A stretch of DNA of 62,412 nucleotides, the filler included, from Pirum gemmata (Eukaryota), in NCBI GenBank assembly GCA_002812295.1. It is 29 parts of 29 records of this genome, joined end to end, with 100 filler letters (N's around TTAATTAATTAA, not from the genome) between each part and the next. Parts side by side here need not be neighbours in the genome. Positions count along the whole stretch, not along the records: positions 50,558 to 52,430 come from PDIN01010171.1; positions 52,531 to 54,433 come from PDIN01010172.1; positions 54,534 to 56,415 come from PDIN01010173.1; positions 56,516 to 58,416 come from PDIN01010174.1; positions 58,517 to 60,447 come from PDIN01010175.1; positions 60,548 to 62,412 come from PDIN01010176.1; 23 more parts are not named here. The stretch is one strand, 5' to 3'. Under the pieces are notes generated by a model. It had not been told where the DNA came from and made no database searches. It saw nothing but the letters and a program-made list of their open reading frames with translations. The position numbers were made by a program, and so were the translations under genes. Within the stretch, counting starts at the first letter, position 1; every line of letters begins with the position of its first letter. Positions 50,890 through 62,412 of this stretch are shown here, in pieces.

Positions 50890-51857
50890 ACTAAGAGATA
50901 GTCGGTGGTGACGTGTAGCACAGTAAGAGTTCGTAGCATGAGAGGGTCTTATCATTTCGTAGTTGCCCTAAAATTGTAGTTGATGGTTTGTGTTTATCCT
51001 TGTAAACTTGTCCTTCGAATCTTTTTGCCTTTCGTTTGTATGGGGAGATTATATTTTTTATTGCTGTATATGATTGTTATGGTTGGCTTGGGTAAGATAT
51101 ATATAGTTTGCAATCAACTGTCTTAAACGTTCTGTCAAGTTTTGATATATACTTTGTTTAGTCTGGAGTTGTTAGTAGCTAGTTTGTTGATGTCGTTTTG
51201 CAAAACTTCAAATTTCTTTTGAATAGTTTTATAATATTAATACTCATCATGGTAATTGGTAGGGCTGATTGATCTGTACTGGAAGGTATTAGGGACTTAT
51301 AGGTGTTAACTAGAGTGCTGGTATTTGCTCCCCAGTGTGTGCCCTTGATTTCATATTGGAATATCTTTTGTTGTTGTTAAGTTTTCGTATTATAGTAGTT
51401 GTAGGCTATGTTGCTCGATATTCCAGTCTTTGTCATGGGGTGGTCTTGGTAGGTAAGTTTGAGCTCGTGTTTGCTTTTGTCGGCACCTGTGATTAGTAAG
51501 TAACTCTAGCTAGTTTTTGGTAAACTGATCGAGTTTCGTGCGCCATTTATTCATCCATACAACTATGATATCAAGCATGTTTTGTGCGGCTAGCTAGTTC
51601 TGCTTGTTTTTTGCTCATAAAAGTTCCAAAGCAAGACTGTGTAAGGTCATCTGTAAAGAGTCTTATTGTTGGTACGTTTGAAGTTTGTTCAAGCTGTAAA
51701 GCCAGACCATTAATTAATGAAGATCAAAAATAAAAGTGGTCCGAGTACGCTTGCCTTGTGGGACTCCTGTTGTGATGTTTTGTATGGTGGAGTATGAATT
51801 GTGGTGCCTAGTTTGGTATGATCTGCCTTGTAGATAGTGTGTGATCCAATTTACCAA
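50890..51857 (-). mobile_element. 5'-truncated, decayed non-LTR retrotransposon (I/Jockey-group-like RT)
   Basis: LVNWITHYLQGRSYQTR..., GVPQG/SVLGPLLFLIFIN (from 51767), LFTDD (51646-51660, the YADD box) and HWGANTSTLVNTYKSLI (WGA at 51326-51334); multiple frameshifts. Confidence 0.9.
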
Positions 51858-52601
51858 GTTTTTATTTTAATAAAAAATATTATTATTATTAATAATATTT
51901 TATAATATTTTTATTTATTTATTTATTTATTTATTTATTTTTTTCGCACATTGTTCTCTGTTAAAAAATAAAAGTGCCTCTGACGACTTTTTAACGACCT
52001 CTCAATCTTTAGTTTGGTACTGTTTAAGTGTATAATTGAACTTTTTTATTTATTTCAGTTTTTGAACTCTCCCAATACTCTCCCAATCATCCTGAAAACT
52101 CGAATTTCTGCTGTCGAAAAAAAAAGCCAAAATTCAGCCCTGTTCGAAAATTATTTTTTCCATTTTTTCGGGTTTATAAACAAATAAATATACTTGAATA
52201 CTTAACTGTCAACTTAAAATTTTCGAACTTATTTAATTATTGCATAGGCTCGAAAACTTTATATTTTTGAACAAAGCAGAATTGGGAGAACCCTAATACC
52301 AAAGTCCATTTAATTATTAATTAACGCATAGGCTCGAAAACCCGATTTATATAAACTACGTTAAAATAATTGTTATTGTGCTTTTCATTTATTTTGTCAC
52401 TCTGAATATTTATTTGGTTGGTTATAATATNNNNNNNNNNNNNNNNNNNNNNNNNNNNNNNNNNNNNNNNNNNNTTAATTAATTAANNNNNNNNNNNNNN
52501 NNNNNNNNNNNNNNNNNNNNNNNNNNNNNNTTATTATTATTATTATTTTGTTATTAGTAATATTTATTCTTTTTGTTATTATCTATTTAACAAACCATAA
52601 G

Positions 52602-54300
52602 GAGGACACTATAGATGTAGTGGATAAACCCTTTGAATTTGTTAGGACAGGAATTAACAAAATCATTAACTATACCCCATCGCGGCGGGCCATTGCACCG
52701 GACGATTCCGGACTTATTGTTATCGAAAAGAAAAAGGGTTGTTCGGGTAAGTTTGTTAATGAGTAGGGTAAGGGTTAAAGTTAGGGTTAGGGTTAGGGTT
52801 AGGGTTAGGGTTAGGGTTAGGGTTAGGGTTAGGGTTAGGGTTAGATTTTTGTTTATTAATTGTTTTGTTGTTTAAGGATTAGAATTAAAAAAAATAATGT
52901 TCGTTGTATTTTTTAATAGAAAAGGCACATACAAGTAATCTGATTAGAAACGGGGTGACCCCCGTATTAGGACACCAGGATTTTCATGGTATTAAGCTCA
53001 TTGTAGAGAAAATGAAAAAAGAGGGTCAGCTGAAGACTCATTCTGTTGCCGCGCATACTCTGGTAAAACAGACCCGAGAAGCAAGAAACATACATATACA
53101 ACAACAAAAACAATAACAACAAAAAAAACGATATTAATATCAAACAAGAACAAAAAGTACAACAGGAACAACAAGAACAACAAGGAAAGGAACAAAACTA
53201 ACAAAAACAACAATAAGAAGAATAACAACAACAACAATCTATAAGCATAAATAACCACAATGACTGACTCGAACTAAAATCCTAATTTGATTTTTACGTG
53301 TTTACTTTTATTAGGCCCAGATTATTCATGATAGTACACGATATATGGGTATCTACGTAAGAATACATTGGTTTGCACGCAATAAAGAAAGCGACCATTT
53401 GGTACCACGACGAAATTTGGAAGGTGATACATCGGTTCGGTCTATTCTTAGCCTTCTCACAGACACATGTACCTTGGAAGCTTGGGTGAGTGAAAGTAAA
53501 ACCTGACGCTCGCTAATCCTAACCCTAACCCTAACCCTAATCGTAACCCTAACGCTAAACCAAATCCAAACACTAAAACAAAGAAAATTATCAATACAAC
53601 TAAGTAACATTTTAACTTTTACTTCAGAGCAAATATTATTCTGAATGTAATTATTCTGCTGAAAGCAAGCGGCAATTTATCGTTCGGATACGCAATTGCG
53701 TCAATAAGGCTTTGAGTATTTTGGTGGAGCAGGGTACTTGTCGCAGAAGAATTAAAGAACGATACGAGGAGAACGTAAGAATCATCGTTGATTACATGAC
53801 AAGCATCATTACAGAAGTAAATTATCTAAGGTTGGTAACAATGTTGTATACTAAACCGAGCTACTTAATAACCCCGATGTACTAAACCATGCTGACAAAC
53901 TTAATTAATTAACTTCTATAATAATAATTAAAAATGTAATAAGAATTATTTTTAATTAGTAACCTCCTTCTTTATAATCTTTTAGAACTAACGTACAAAA
54001 AGCAAGAAGTTGCGCTCATCATCAACTAACCGCGGGGTTAATGCTGATAGAGGAAGATTGGAAAAAAGCCAAAGAAATAGCTTTTAAAACTTGGGCTACT
54101 TTAAATGAAGAAGTAACCGGTATATTAAAAGGTAACGAAGTTTTGATTAGAAACGAATTATTGGAAAGTAGCAAAATCCAATCTTACCAAATGGCGGCAG
54201 TAACTGCATGTGTCATTACTTTCGGACAGCGTCTTCAGTTTTGGCCTGAGGTCTTAATTGGCAATTATAACGAAGACCGCCAAATTATTGAGCCTCAGAG
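52602..54300 (+). mobile_element. Intron-containing tyrosine-recombinase-like gene (Crypton-like), partial; exons 52602-52746, 52920-53062, 53315-53485, 53628-53830, 53986-54300
   Basis: Four GT-AG introns with compatible phases (1, 0, 0, 2) give one stop-free ~325-aa product. It has an integrase-like core-binding region (LLTDTCTLEAWSKYYSECNYSAESKRQFIVRIRNCV) and box I VITFGQRLQFW (GQR at 54224-54232). A second copy is present in the window. Confidence 0.65.
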
Positions 54301-54533
54301 GTATTATGGTTTTATTTTTGGTTTTTGTGTTTTATTGTTTTAAGGTTTAGCATTAGGGCTCAGGTTAAGAGTTGGAAGCATTGTTAGGGTTAGGGTTAGA
54401 GTTAATTATAATAATAATAATAATAATAATAATNNNNNNNNNNNNNNNNNNNNNNNNNNNNNNNNNNNNNNNNNNNNTTAATTAATTAANNNNNNNNNNN
54501 NNNNNNNNNNNNNNNNNNNNNNNNNNNNNNNNN

Positions 54534-54576
<43 letters not shown>

Positions 54577-56304
54577 GGGTCGTATTTGAAACTCCTGTTT
54601 TAAATTTTTTATTTCTCAATGACAAAGAGCTCGAGCTGGTGACCTCTATAATACGTAATAATAGTTTTCGCACATCGTTCAAACTTCAAATATCATAAAT
54701 GTTATATTGAAGTGGAATAACAATAACAATAACAACAATAACAATAACAATAACATAACATAAACCTGCTGTTTTTTTTAACTCATATATTTAGTTTATA
54801 ATAAATGTCATAAATGTTATATTGAAGTGGAATAACAATAAGTTGTTTTGGACTAAAGAAATTAAAACAATATGACTGGATTTGAAGAAAACTGAAAAGC
54901 AAATAAAAAAACATCCAAACACTATTGACCAATCAACAAAACAGCGTTCCAAGCTACTTCTATTACTATTACTATTACTATTACTATTACTATTACTATT
55001 ACTATTAATATTACCATTAATATTACTATTACTATCACTATCACTATCACTATAACTATTACTATTACTATCAACAGCATGGCTACTTGGCTACTAACCC
55101 TAACCCAACTCTAACCCTAGCATTTATTATTACTATTACTATTACTATTACTATTACTATTACTATTACTATTACTATTACTATTACCATTACTATTACT
55201 ATTACTATTGCTATTACTATTGCTATTGCTATTGCTATTGCTATTGCTATTGCTATTGCTATTACTATTACTATTGCTATTAATATTACTATCACTATCA
55301 CTATCACTATAACTATAACTATTATCAATACTATTACTACCGATAGCATGACTACTTGGCTACTAACCCTAACCCAACCCTAGCATTTAAATAACATTGC
55401 TATAACTATTGCTGTTTGTGTAGACTATTACTACAACTGTCACCAACACTATTACCATTACCATTACCATCAACACTATTGATGTTAATTATTATTAGAA
55501 TTTTAGTTTGTTACAGTATTAATTGGTATATTCTGGGTACAAATGGCTATTACTTTTACTATTACAATATCACCATTCCCATCGTTAATTATCATTAGAA
55601 TTTTAGTTTGTTACAGTATTAATTGGTATATTCTAGGTACAAATGGCTATTACTTTTACTATTACAATATCACCATTCTCATTATTGATTTTACTATTAA
55701 TTTCAAAAATCATTATCATTTAAATTATTAAATAGCATAACTGAAATTTATTTTTAGCATAAACGGCTATTACTATTATTATTATTACTAGTATTATTGC
55801 TATTGCTATTGTAATTGCTATTACTAGCATCACCATTATTATCAATACTATCATTAGCATTTACCATTTGTTACATTATTAGTATTTAAAGTTTTTGTAA
55901 ATGACTATTATTATCACTATCACTATCACTATCACAATGGCTATTATTATTACTATTCTTATTCCCATTATTATTACTATTGCTACTATTACTATTATTA
56001 CTACTACTACTATTACTATTACTACTACTACTACTATTACTATTACTATTAATTATCAATAGCAATGAAATCGTATTATTATTACTAATAATATTATTAT
56101 TGCTATAAATTATTATTAAAATAAATATGGCTTTACTATTATTATTACTATTTAATTTATTGTAGTCTTATCATTATGGTATAACTAGTTTTAATGTTTT
56201 GGTACATTTGATTTGGTATACATAACAATGTATTACAATTATTATCATTATTATTTTTATTATTCTTATTATTATTATTATTTCTATTCATATTACACGA
56301 TTGA

Positions 56305-56352
<48 letters not shown>

Positions 56353-56626
56353 GTTATTACTACTACTATTATTACTATTATTATTACTATTATTACTACT
56401 ATTATTATTACTATTNNNNNNNNNNNNNNNNNNNNNNNNNNNNNNNNNNNNNNNNNNNNTTAATTAATTAANNNNNNNNNNNNNNNNNNNNNNNNNNNNN
56501 NNNNNNNNNNNNNNNTGATAATAATAATAATAATAATAATAATATGATAATAATAATAATAATCAAATGGCTCGATAATAAATAGTTTTTCAAATAGCAT
56601 CTATCAATATAATCAAAATAGTAAAT

Positions 56627-57271
56627 TTATGGGAATTTCCATTTCCACGGCTTACTAAGATCATTTATTAATTTATCGATACTCATAACCAAGTTGTCAC
56701 AACTCAATATTAGCTTACCTAGATTCCAAATGCCATGAAGATGCCTCAAATTCTAAAACATAATAACATTAAGTAATTTTAATTCGACTTATATCCTTAT
56801 CTTTCTTACTACTCCTTTTCATTTTTAATTGTTGTTGTTTTTGCTGTTATTATGGTTGTTTTTGCTGTTATTGTTATTGTGGTTTTTGCTGTTATTGTTA
56901 TTGTGGTTTTTGCTGTTATTGTTTAATGTTGCTGTTATTGTTACTATTGGTAATAACGTTAATGCTGTTATCGTTGTTTTGTTGTTTTGTCATTATCATT
57001 GTTGTCATCTTTAATTAAAGCATTATTCTCGTTAATAATAATAACAATATCAAAAAGTTTTCTTGAAAAAATAAAACTCAAAATCAAATTAGCAGCAGTG
57101 ATAGTTTCATTAAATTAACTTTTTTGTGTGTGCTATAGTTTTAATACAATTAAGTTTTTCTAATTAATTAATATTAGACTAACAAAAAAGACACCTTTTA
57201 AAAACAAAAACAGTATATTATCGGTGTACACTATTGCCCCACCCCACCACTCTTCGTTATACAAACCAACT
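56627..57271 (-). CDS. Three possible 3' exons (57195-57271, 56719-56752, 56627-56654) of an unidentified gene, possibly GT32-like
   Basis: Phase-compatible GT-AG joins give VGLYNEEWWGGAIVYTDNILFLFLK-EFEASSWHLES-SKPWKWKFP*. SSWH resembles the GT32 C-terminal motif. Confidence 0.35.
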
Positions 57272-57849
57272 CTTTTTTTATTTTTATTAAGATCTTTAAA
57301 AGTGATATGGAGTGTATTTAATTGTCTAATTGATTTCAGTCTTTTCACTGTACTCGTTCATTCAAATGGGAACATTCATAAAAGACGTCACTTATTCTTT
57401 GATAGAAGTCATTGCTCGAAAGTGTGACTTAAACTGTTTTAGGCAGTAATTAATTATTAAAATGAAGTTTAAAATTATGACCAAAAGTGTTTTGGACAAA
57501 GAGACATAGGTAAGATTAGGTGACGTCCTTTATGGATGATTGCAATCCAGCAAAACCAATAAAAAGAATATAATCCGTCCTACAACTGTAAACTAAAACG
57601 TTGTGTTATTTAAAAGCTTGCCTATGGTTATCTCATAAGTCGACCCTCTCTCAAGTCGGTTGTTTTTTTCCTTTTATTTCGATTTTCAAAAGGCGTAAAA
57701 ACTTAATAGTCAATTTTAAATTTCCTCATATCATTCTTGTGTTCAATTTTAGCATTGCTACTATAAGCATATACTTAATCCTTCGTTTTTTAGGAAACAG
57801 TTATGATATTAGCACTAGTGGTTTCCTCATAACTGCCGATTAGAATACA

Positions 57850-58094
57850 AGGAGATGCGGGCAAAAACCATCGAATCGAGACTAGTTCGAAACTTTCGAA
57901 TTTTTTCGATCTAATTTTTAAGTATTGAACTTTTAATTTCATTTAAAAAATCTTAAAAGATTCTTTTAAAAATTCTTAGAGATTTCATAGAAAAACTTGA
58001 AACTCGAAAAAAAAAAGAATGCCATTTCAAAATTGTCACTATTTAATAATTAGGATCGAGCTGTTTGATTCTATTATACTTTCCCGCATCACCC
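57850..58094. mobile_element. Second copy of the GGAGATGCGGG-TIR MITE
   Basis: Reverse-complement similarity to 40488-40726 along its length. Confidence 0.7.
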
Positions 58095-58778
58095 AACATA
58101 GAAAATTAATATGATTTTTTTGTTAATGTTGTTACTTTTCTCATCACAACACAACTACTAACCCCCTTCCATTCCCCAATCCCATTAATCCCAAATCCCA
58201 ATCACAAATCCCAATCCTTCCACTAACCCAACACTTCTAATGCAAAAAATCAAGAATAGACTATAAATAAACATTACTACCTTCTTCGAGACTTATTTCT
58301 GAACAAACTTAATCGGACTTATTAACTTTTTTTAATTTTTTCTAACAAATGTTCGATTTGATGTCTACATATATGAACAAAGAAAAAATAAGTTAATAAA
58401 TAATAAATAAATAAATNNNNNNNNNNNNNNNNNNNNNNNNNNNNNNNNNNNNNNNNNNNNTTAATTAATTAANNNNNNNNNNNNNNNNNNNNNNNNNNNN
58501 NNNNNNNNNNNNNNNNGTAAACCCAAAAAGTTGTTTAAATATGTTCGAAAATTTAAAACCTATTAATTACCTATTACATTACTTATATTCGAAAATTGAA
58601 AATTCTAGTAAACCCAAAAAAAGTTGGTCGCTTTTTAATCGTTTGCACAAATCTGAAGAAATCTTAAAATCCTCCAATTTACTATCAAAATTTCAGAAAT
58701 TGGACAAAATAATTTAACTAAGAAAACACTATTATGAACCAATGGTCAGTTTTTAATAATAATTTGGCTAGTTTAAAG

Positions 58779-58815
<37 letters not shown>

Positions 58816-60229
58816 TTGTTGTCGTTAGTGTTTATTGTTATTGATGTTATTATAGACTATGCTAATAGTATTGGTATTGGTATTGGTATGCGTTTCATTT
58901 ATTTTGACACTTTGAATATTTATTTGGTTGGTTATAATATTTAAATTGATACTTTTAAATAAATAAATAGATAGTATAATATACCAAATAAAATTAAATG
59001 GATTTATATAGTATTAATTTGGCACTTTTTGTTGTATATTTTATAAAAGAAGTCTTTTAGAAAAAAAAACTCTCGAAGATAGAATTGAATCTAGAAGGGT
59101 ATTTTTGCCAACTAAGTCATCCAGATTGGTATTTTTAGACTTTTTAAAACCATGGTTTGAATCGATATTTTTTTTTTATCCTTTTAATTTGTTCAAAAAA
59201 AAAGTGTATCCAGATGTCGATTAAAGAGTTTGAAATACCAATCTATATGCCTTAATTGACAATAATACCCTTCTAGATTCAATTCCATGTTCAGATTTTT
59301 CCATGACTTTTTAAACAAATCAGAATGTGAACTTGTATTTTAAAATAAGAAAATATTACGTAAAAATGATGTCATGTTTATTTAATGTTATAAAAAAAAG
59401 TAGGGGTGGGATGACGTCATTTTATTATTACCAAACAGCTGCGGAAATGGTTTTTATTGCTATTAATGTTAATATTTTTACTTTAATTGGTATCTACTAT
59501 AATTAGATTTACTATTTTAAGCTATTTAGCTGCTATTATTAGTAGATATCTCACCTCTACTTAAAAAAAAACTTGGTTCTATAATTTTATTCTCAGTAAT
59601 TTTATTTGTTTATTTACCGTGACTATTTTCAGTAGGGGTCTATTGTAACTTTTTTCGAACAGATGCTTATCGAGCCAACCTTAGTTCCGTGTTTTACTAA
59701 TAATAGCAGTTAAATACCTTAAAATAGTAAATCTAATTATAATGGATACCAATTAAAGTAATAATATTAACATTAATAGTAATAAAAATCATAAAATTGG
59801 AAAAGTTCTGGCAGCTGTTCGGTAAAAATAAAATGACTTGGACCAGATTTTGTAGACTCTAGCTAGTCTAGCTAGCTAGCTAGACTAGTCTATGCCGAAA
59901 GCTATGTAATATTATAAAATATACAATAAAGACTACCAAATTAATACTATATAAATCCATTTCATTTAATTTGGTATTTTTTATTATCTATTTATTCATT
60001 TAAAAACATCAAATTAAATATTATAACCAACCAAATAAATATTTGGAGTGACAATCAAGCACTTCCGGGTCAAATACAGCTTCAAATAGACTACCCCCCC
60101 TATCTACCTACCCCTCGACGATAATCTCCGGTCGAATACCACCTACTTACCCACCCCTTGACGTGACGNTAAAAAAAAAAAAAAAAAAAAAATAAAAAAA
60201 AAAAAAAAAAAAAAAAAAAAGTTCTGTTA

Positions 60230-60363
60230 GGGAGCGTTCAAATACTACGTAACGCTAATTTCTGGCAAAAACCATTCAAAAACCTACCCACCTACACTTT
60301 GGTCACAAAATTCTACCCCCTCCCTACCAACCCGTAAGTGTTACGTAGTATTTGAACGCTCCC
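60230..60363. mobile_element. 134-bp Tourist/PIF-Harbinger-like MITE
   Basis: Perfect 24-bp TIRs (gggagcgttcaaatactacgtaac) flanked by TTA at both sides (60227-60229 and 60364-60366). Confidence 0.88.
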
Positions 60364-60591
60364 TTAGCAAAAAAAAAAAATAATCATGTCACTTTTGTGA
60401 GTATTTTCGACGAGTCGAACATACAGATGACGTCACTGGCTCGTATGNNNNNNNNNNNNNNNNNNNNNNNNNNNNNNNNNNNNNNNNNNNNTTAATTAAT
60501 TAANNNNNNNNNNNNNNNNNNNNNNNNNNNNNNNNNNNNNNNNNNNNACCCTAACCCTAACCCTAACCCTAACCCTAACCCTTATAATATC

Positions 60592-60758
60592 GTGCTTTTC
60601 AGGTATTTTGTCATCATAAACTATATAAAAAAGAGTACCAAATTAATACAATATAAATCTGTTTCATTTAATTTGGTATATTTTATTATCTATTTATTCA
60701 TTTAAATATTATAACCAACCAAATAAATATTCGGAGTGACAAAATAAAAGAAAAGCAC
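60592..60758. mobile_element. Second full copy of the GTGCTTTTCA-TIR MITE
   Basis: Both TIRs present; the interior matches 44158-44341. Confidence 0.8.
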
Positions 60759-61729
60759 AAATAATAATGTTCTAACTACAGAGTCAAATTATCAATGCGC
60801 TAATTAACATTTCATCATTTTGGTATTAATACAAAAGGTAAATTTGGTATGTTTTAGTATTGAATAGAATTTGCTGAACTTTAGTTAGAAGAGTAGGGGT
60901 GAGATATCTACTGGAACTTTTTTCGAACAGATGCTTATCGAGCCAACCAATTTTTTTTAAGTGAGTCATTACTTATTTAAAAATTAAATCGAAATTTTTC
61001 GAAAGTTTCGAACTAGTCTCGATTCGATGGGCTTTCCCGCATCTCCCATAAGTTTTATTATAAATATCATAGTAATAAATTATTAAGAGTGATGATTTGT
61101 TAAGTTCATAATAATATTATATAGGTCTCATAATATTATCATCTATTTCATTTCAGTTGCCCTTTCAATCTTTAATTTGGTATAACTGCTTAATTTTAAG
61201 TGTATAACTAGTATCAGATACTTAATTCGTTTATAAAAATTTTTACAACATTTTAAAAGTATAAAAAACCAAATTACTTAAAACATGTCTGATAGCTTAA
61301 CCATAATAATAATTTGGTATAATATTATACGTTTATTTCAGTTTTTGAACTGGACAACATTATTGAAAAATATAATATATATATTATTATTATTATATAT
61401 AGTTTACAAACATAGGAACATCAGGAGCAAAAGGTTAGGGTTAGGGTTAGGGTTAGGGTTAGGGTTAGGGTTAGGGTTAAGATCAGGGTTAGGGTTAGGT
61501 TCAGGATTATAGGAGATAAAGAATAAAGGGTAAATGCTAGTGGTAAATAGTTGGTGATTGTTTACCTAACCCTTAACTCGTATCACTCCCCTATTAAACC
61601 CCTTACCCCCATTAAGCCCCTAGCCCCCCTAATCCTCATTGTTGTTGTTACTGTTGTTGTTGTTGTTGTTGTTGTTGTTGCTGTTGTTATTGTTGTTGCT
61701 GTTGTTGTTGTTATCATTTTGAATATTAG

Positions 61730-61822
61730 GATAAAGATGCTCACCAATGGCATATAGATGGCATGGATAAATACAAACCAGCTCCGTTTAGTTTACTAGT
61801 AGGAATTCCATTATCCCCCCAG
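61730..61822 (+). CDS. Internal exon of a PhyH-like Fe(II)/2-oxoglutarate dioxygenase
   Basis: 93-nt AG..GT exon, phase 0-0: DKDAHQWHIDGMDKYKPAPFSLLVGIPLSPQ, an HxD motif followed by the FSLLVGIPLS strand. Confidence 0.7.
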
Positions 61823-62087
61823 GTATCACAATGCTAATAATAGCATACTAACTGTACTTTGTATGTTTTTACATAATGATACTGTAATAATAATAAAATG
61901 ATATTGTACTTTTATCTTCGACAAAATATTGTGAATATTACCAAGACAGCGATGTTGAAATGTCTTCGCAGTAGTGTTGGTGAAAGTAGTAGTAGTGGTA
62001 GCAGTAGTAGTAGTCGTAGTAGTAGTCGTAGTAGTAGTCGTAGTAGTAGTCGTAGTAGTAGTTGTAGTAGTAGTCGTAGTAGTAGTT

Positions 62088-62139
<52 letters not shown>

Positions 62140-62412
62140 CAGTAGCAGTAGCAGTAGTAGTAGCAGTAGTAGTAGGCAGTAGTAGTAGTAGTAGTAGTAG
62201 GTAATAGTAGTAGGTAGTAGTAGTAGTGGTAGGTAGTAATAGTAGTAGGTAGTAGTAGTAGCAGCAGTAGTAGTATTTGGTAATAATGCTGGGGATATTG
62301 TTAGTTTAAGTATTGTTGTCGCTGTTGTTGTTGTTGTTGTTGTTTTTATTGTTGTTAATTTTGTTGTTTTTGGTGCTGTTGTTATTATTAGTAGTAGTAG
62401 TAGTAGTAGTAG

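Noticed and set aside
60548..60582. True chromosome end at a scaffold start (CCCTAA)n
   Set aside because: The orientation fits, but the tract is short and similar tracts are interstitial elsewhere; assembly breaks at such repeats are expected.

Overview
This window is not one locus. It is a concatenation of 29 unrelated, mostly ~1.9 kb scaffolds from a very AT-rich, intron-rich, microsatellite-laden eukaryotic draft genome, joined by 28 artificial 100-bp linkers (N44-TTAATTAATTAA-N44). Adjacency across linkers carries no biological meaning, and most ORF-track entries are microsatellite artefacts. Complete intronless genes: a secreted Cys-rich protein with papain-fold-like motifs, a GPI-type LRR surface protein, a DUF1996 protein, an Amt ammonium transporter and a GT2-type glycosyltransferase. 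A second GT-A glycosyltransferase and an internalin-like LRR protein are truncated at scaffold ends. Isolated spliced exons largely missed by the ORF track: an FG-GAP/VCBS protein, Pcc1/LAGE3, a ROCK/DMPK-type kinase, an EF-hand pair, a choline/ethanolamine phosphotransferase and a PhyH-like dioxygenase. Repeats: two decayed non-LTR retrotransposon fragments, several MITE families, a ~125-bp satellite, interstitial TTAGGG tracts and long palindromes. The most notable signal is a repeated five-exon gene (intact at 52602-54300, decayed at 26038-27323). Its manually spliced product resembles a tyrosine recombinase (integrase-like helical domain plus a GQR box-I motif) and it has telomeric repeats in its introns. 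A third, divergent decayed locus (27910-28910) retains G*R, HQLR and GH-x8-Y motifs. Together these suggest a Crypton-like, intron-containing YR transposon family. TTAGGG, the ROCK-like kinase and DUF1996 hint at a unicellular opisthokont (inference only). All homology calls are motif recognition by eye, not database searches.
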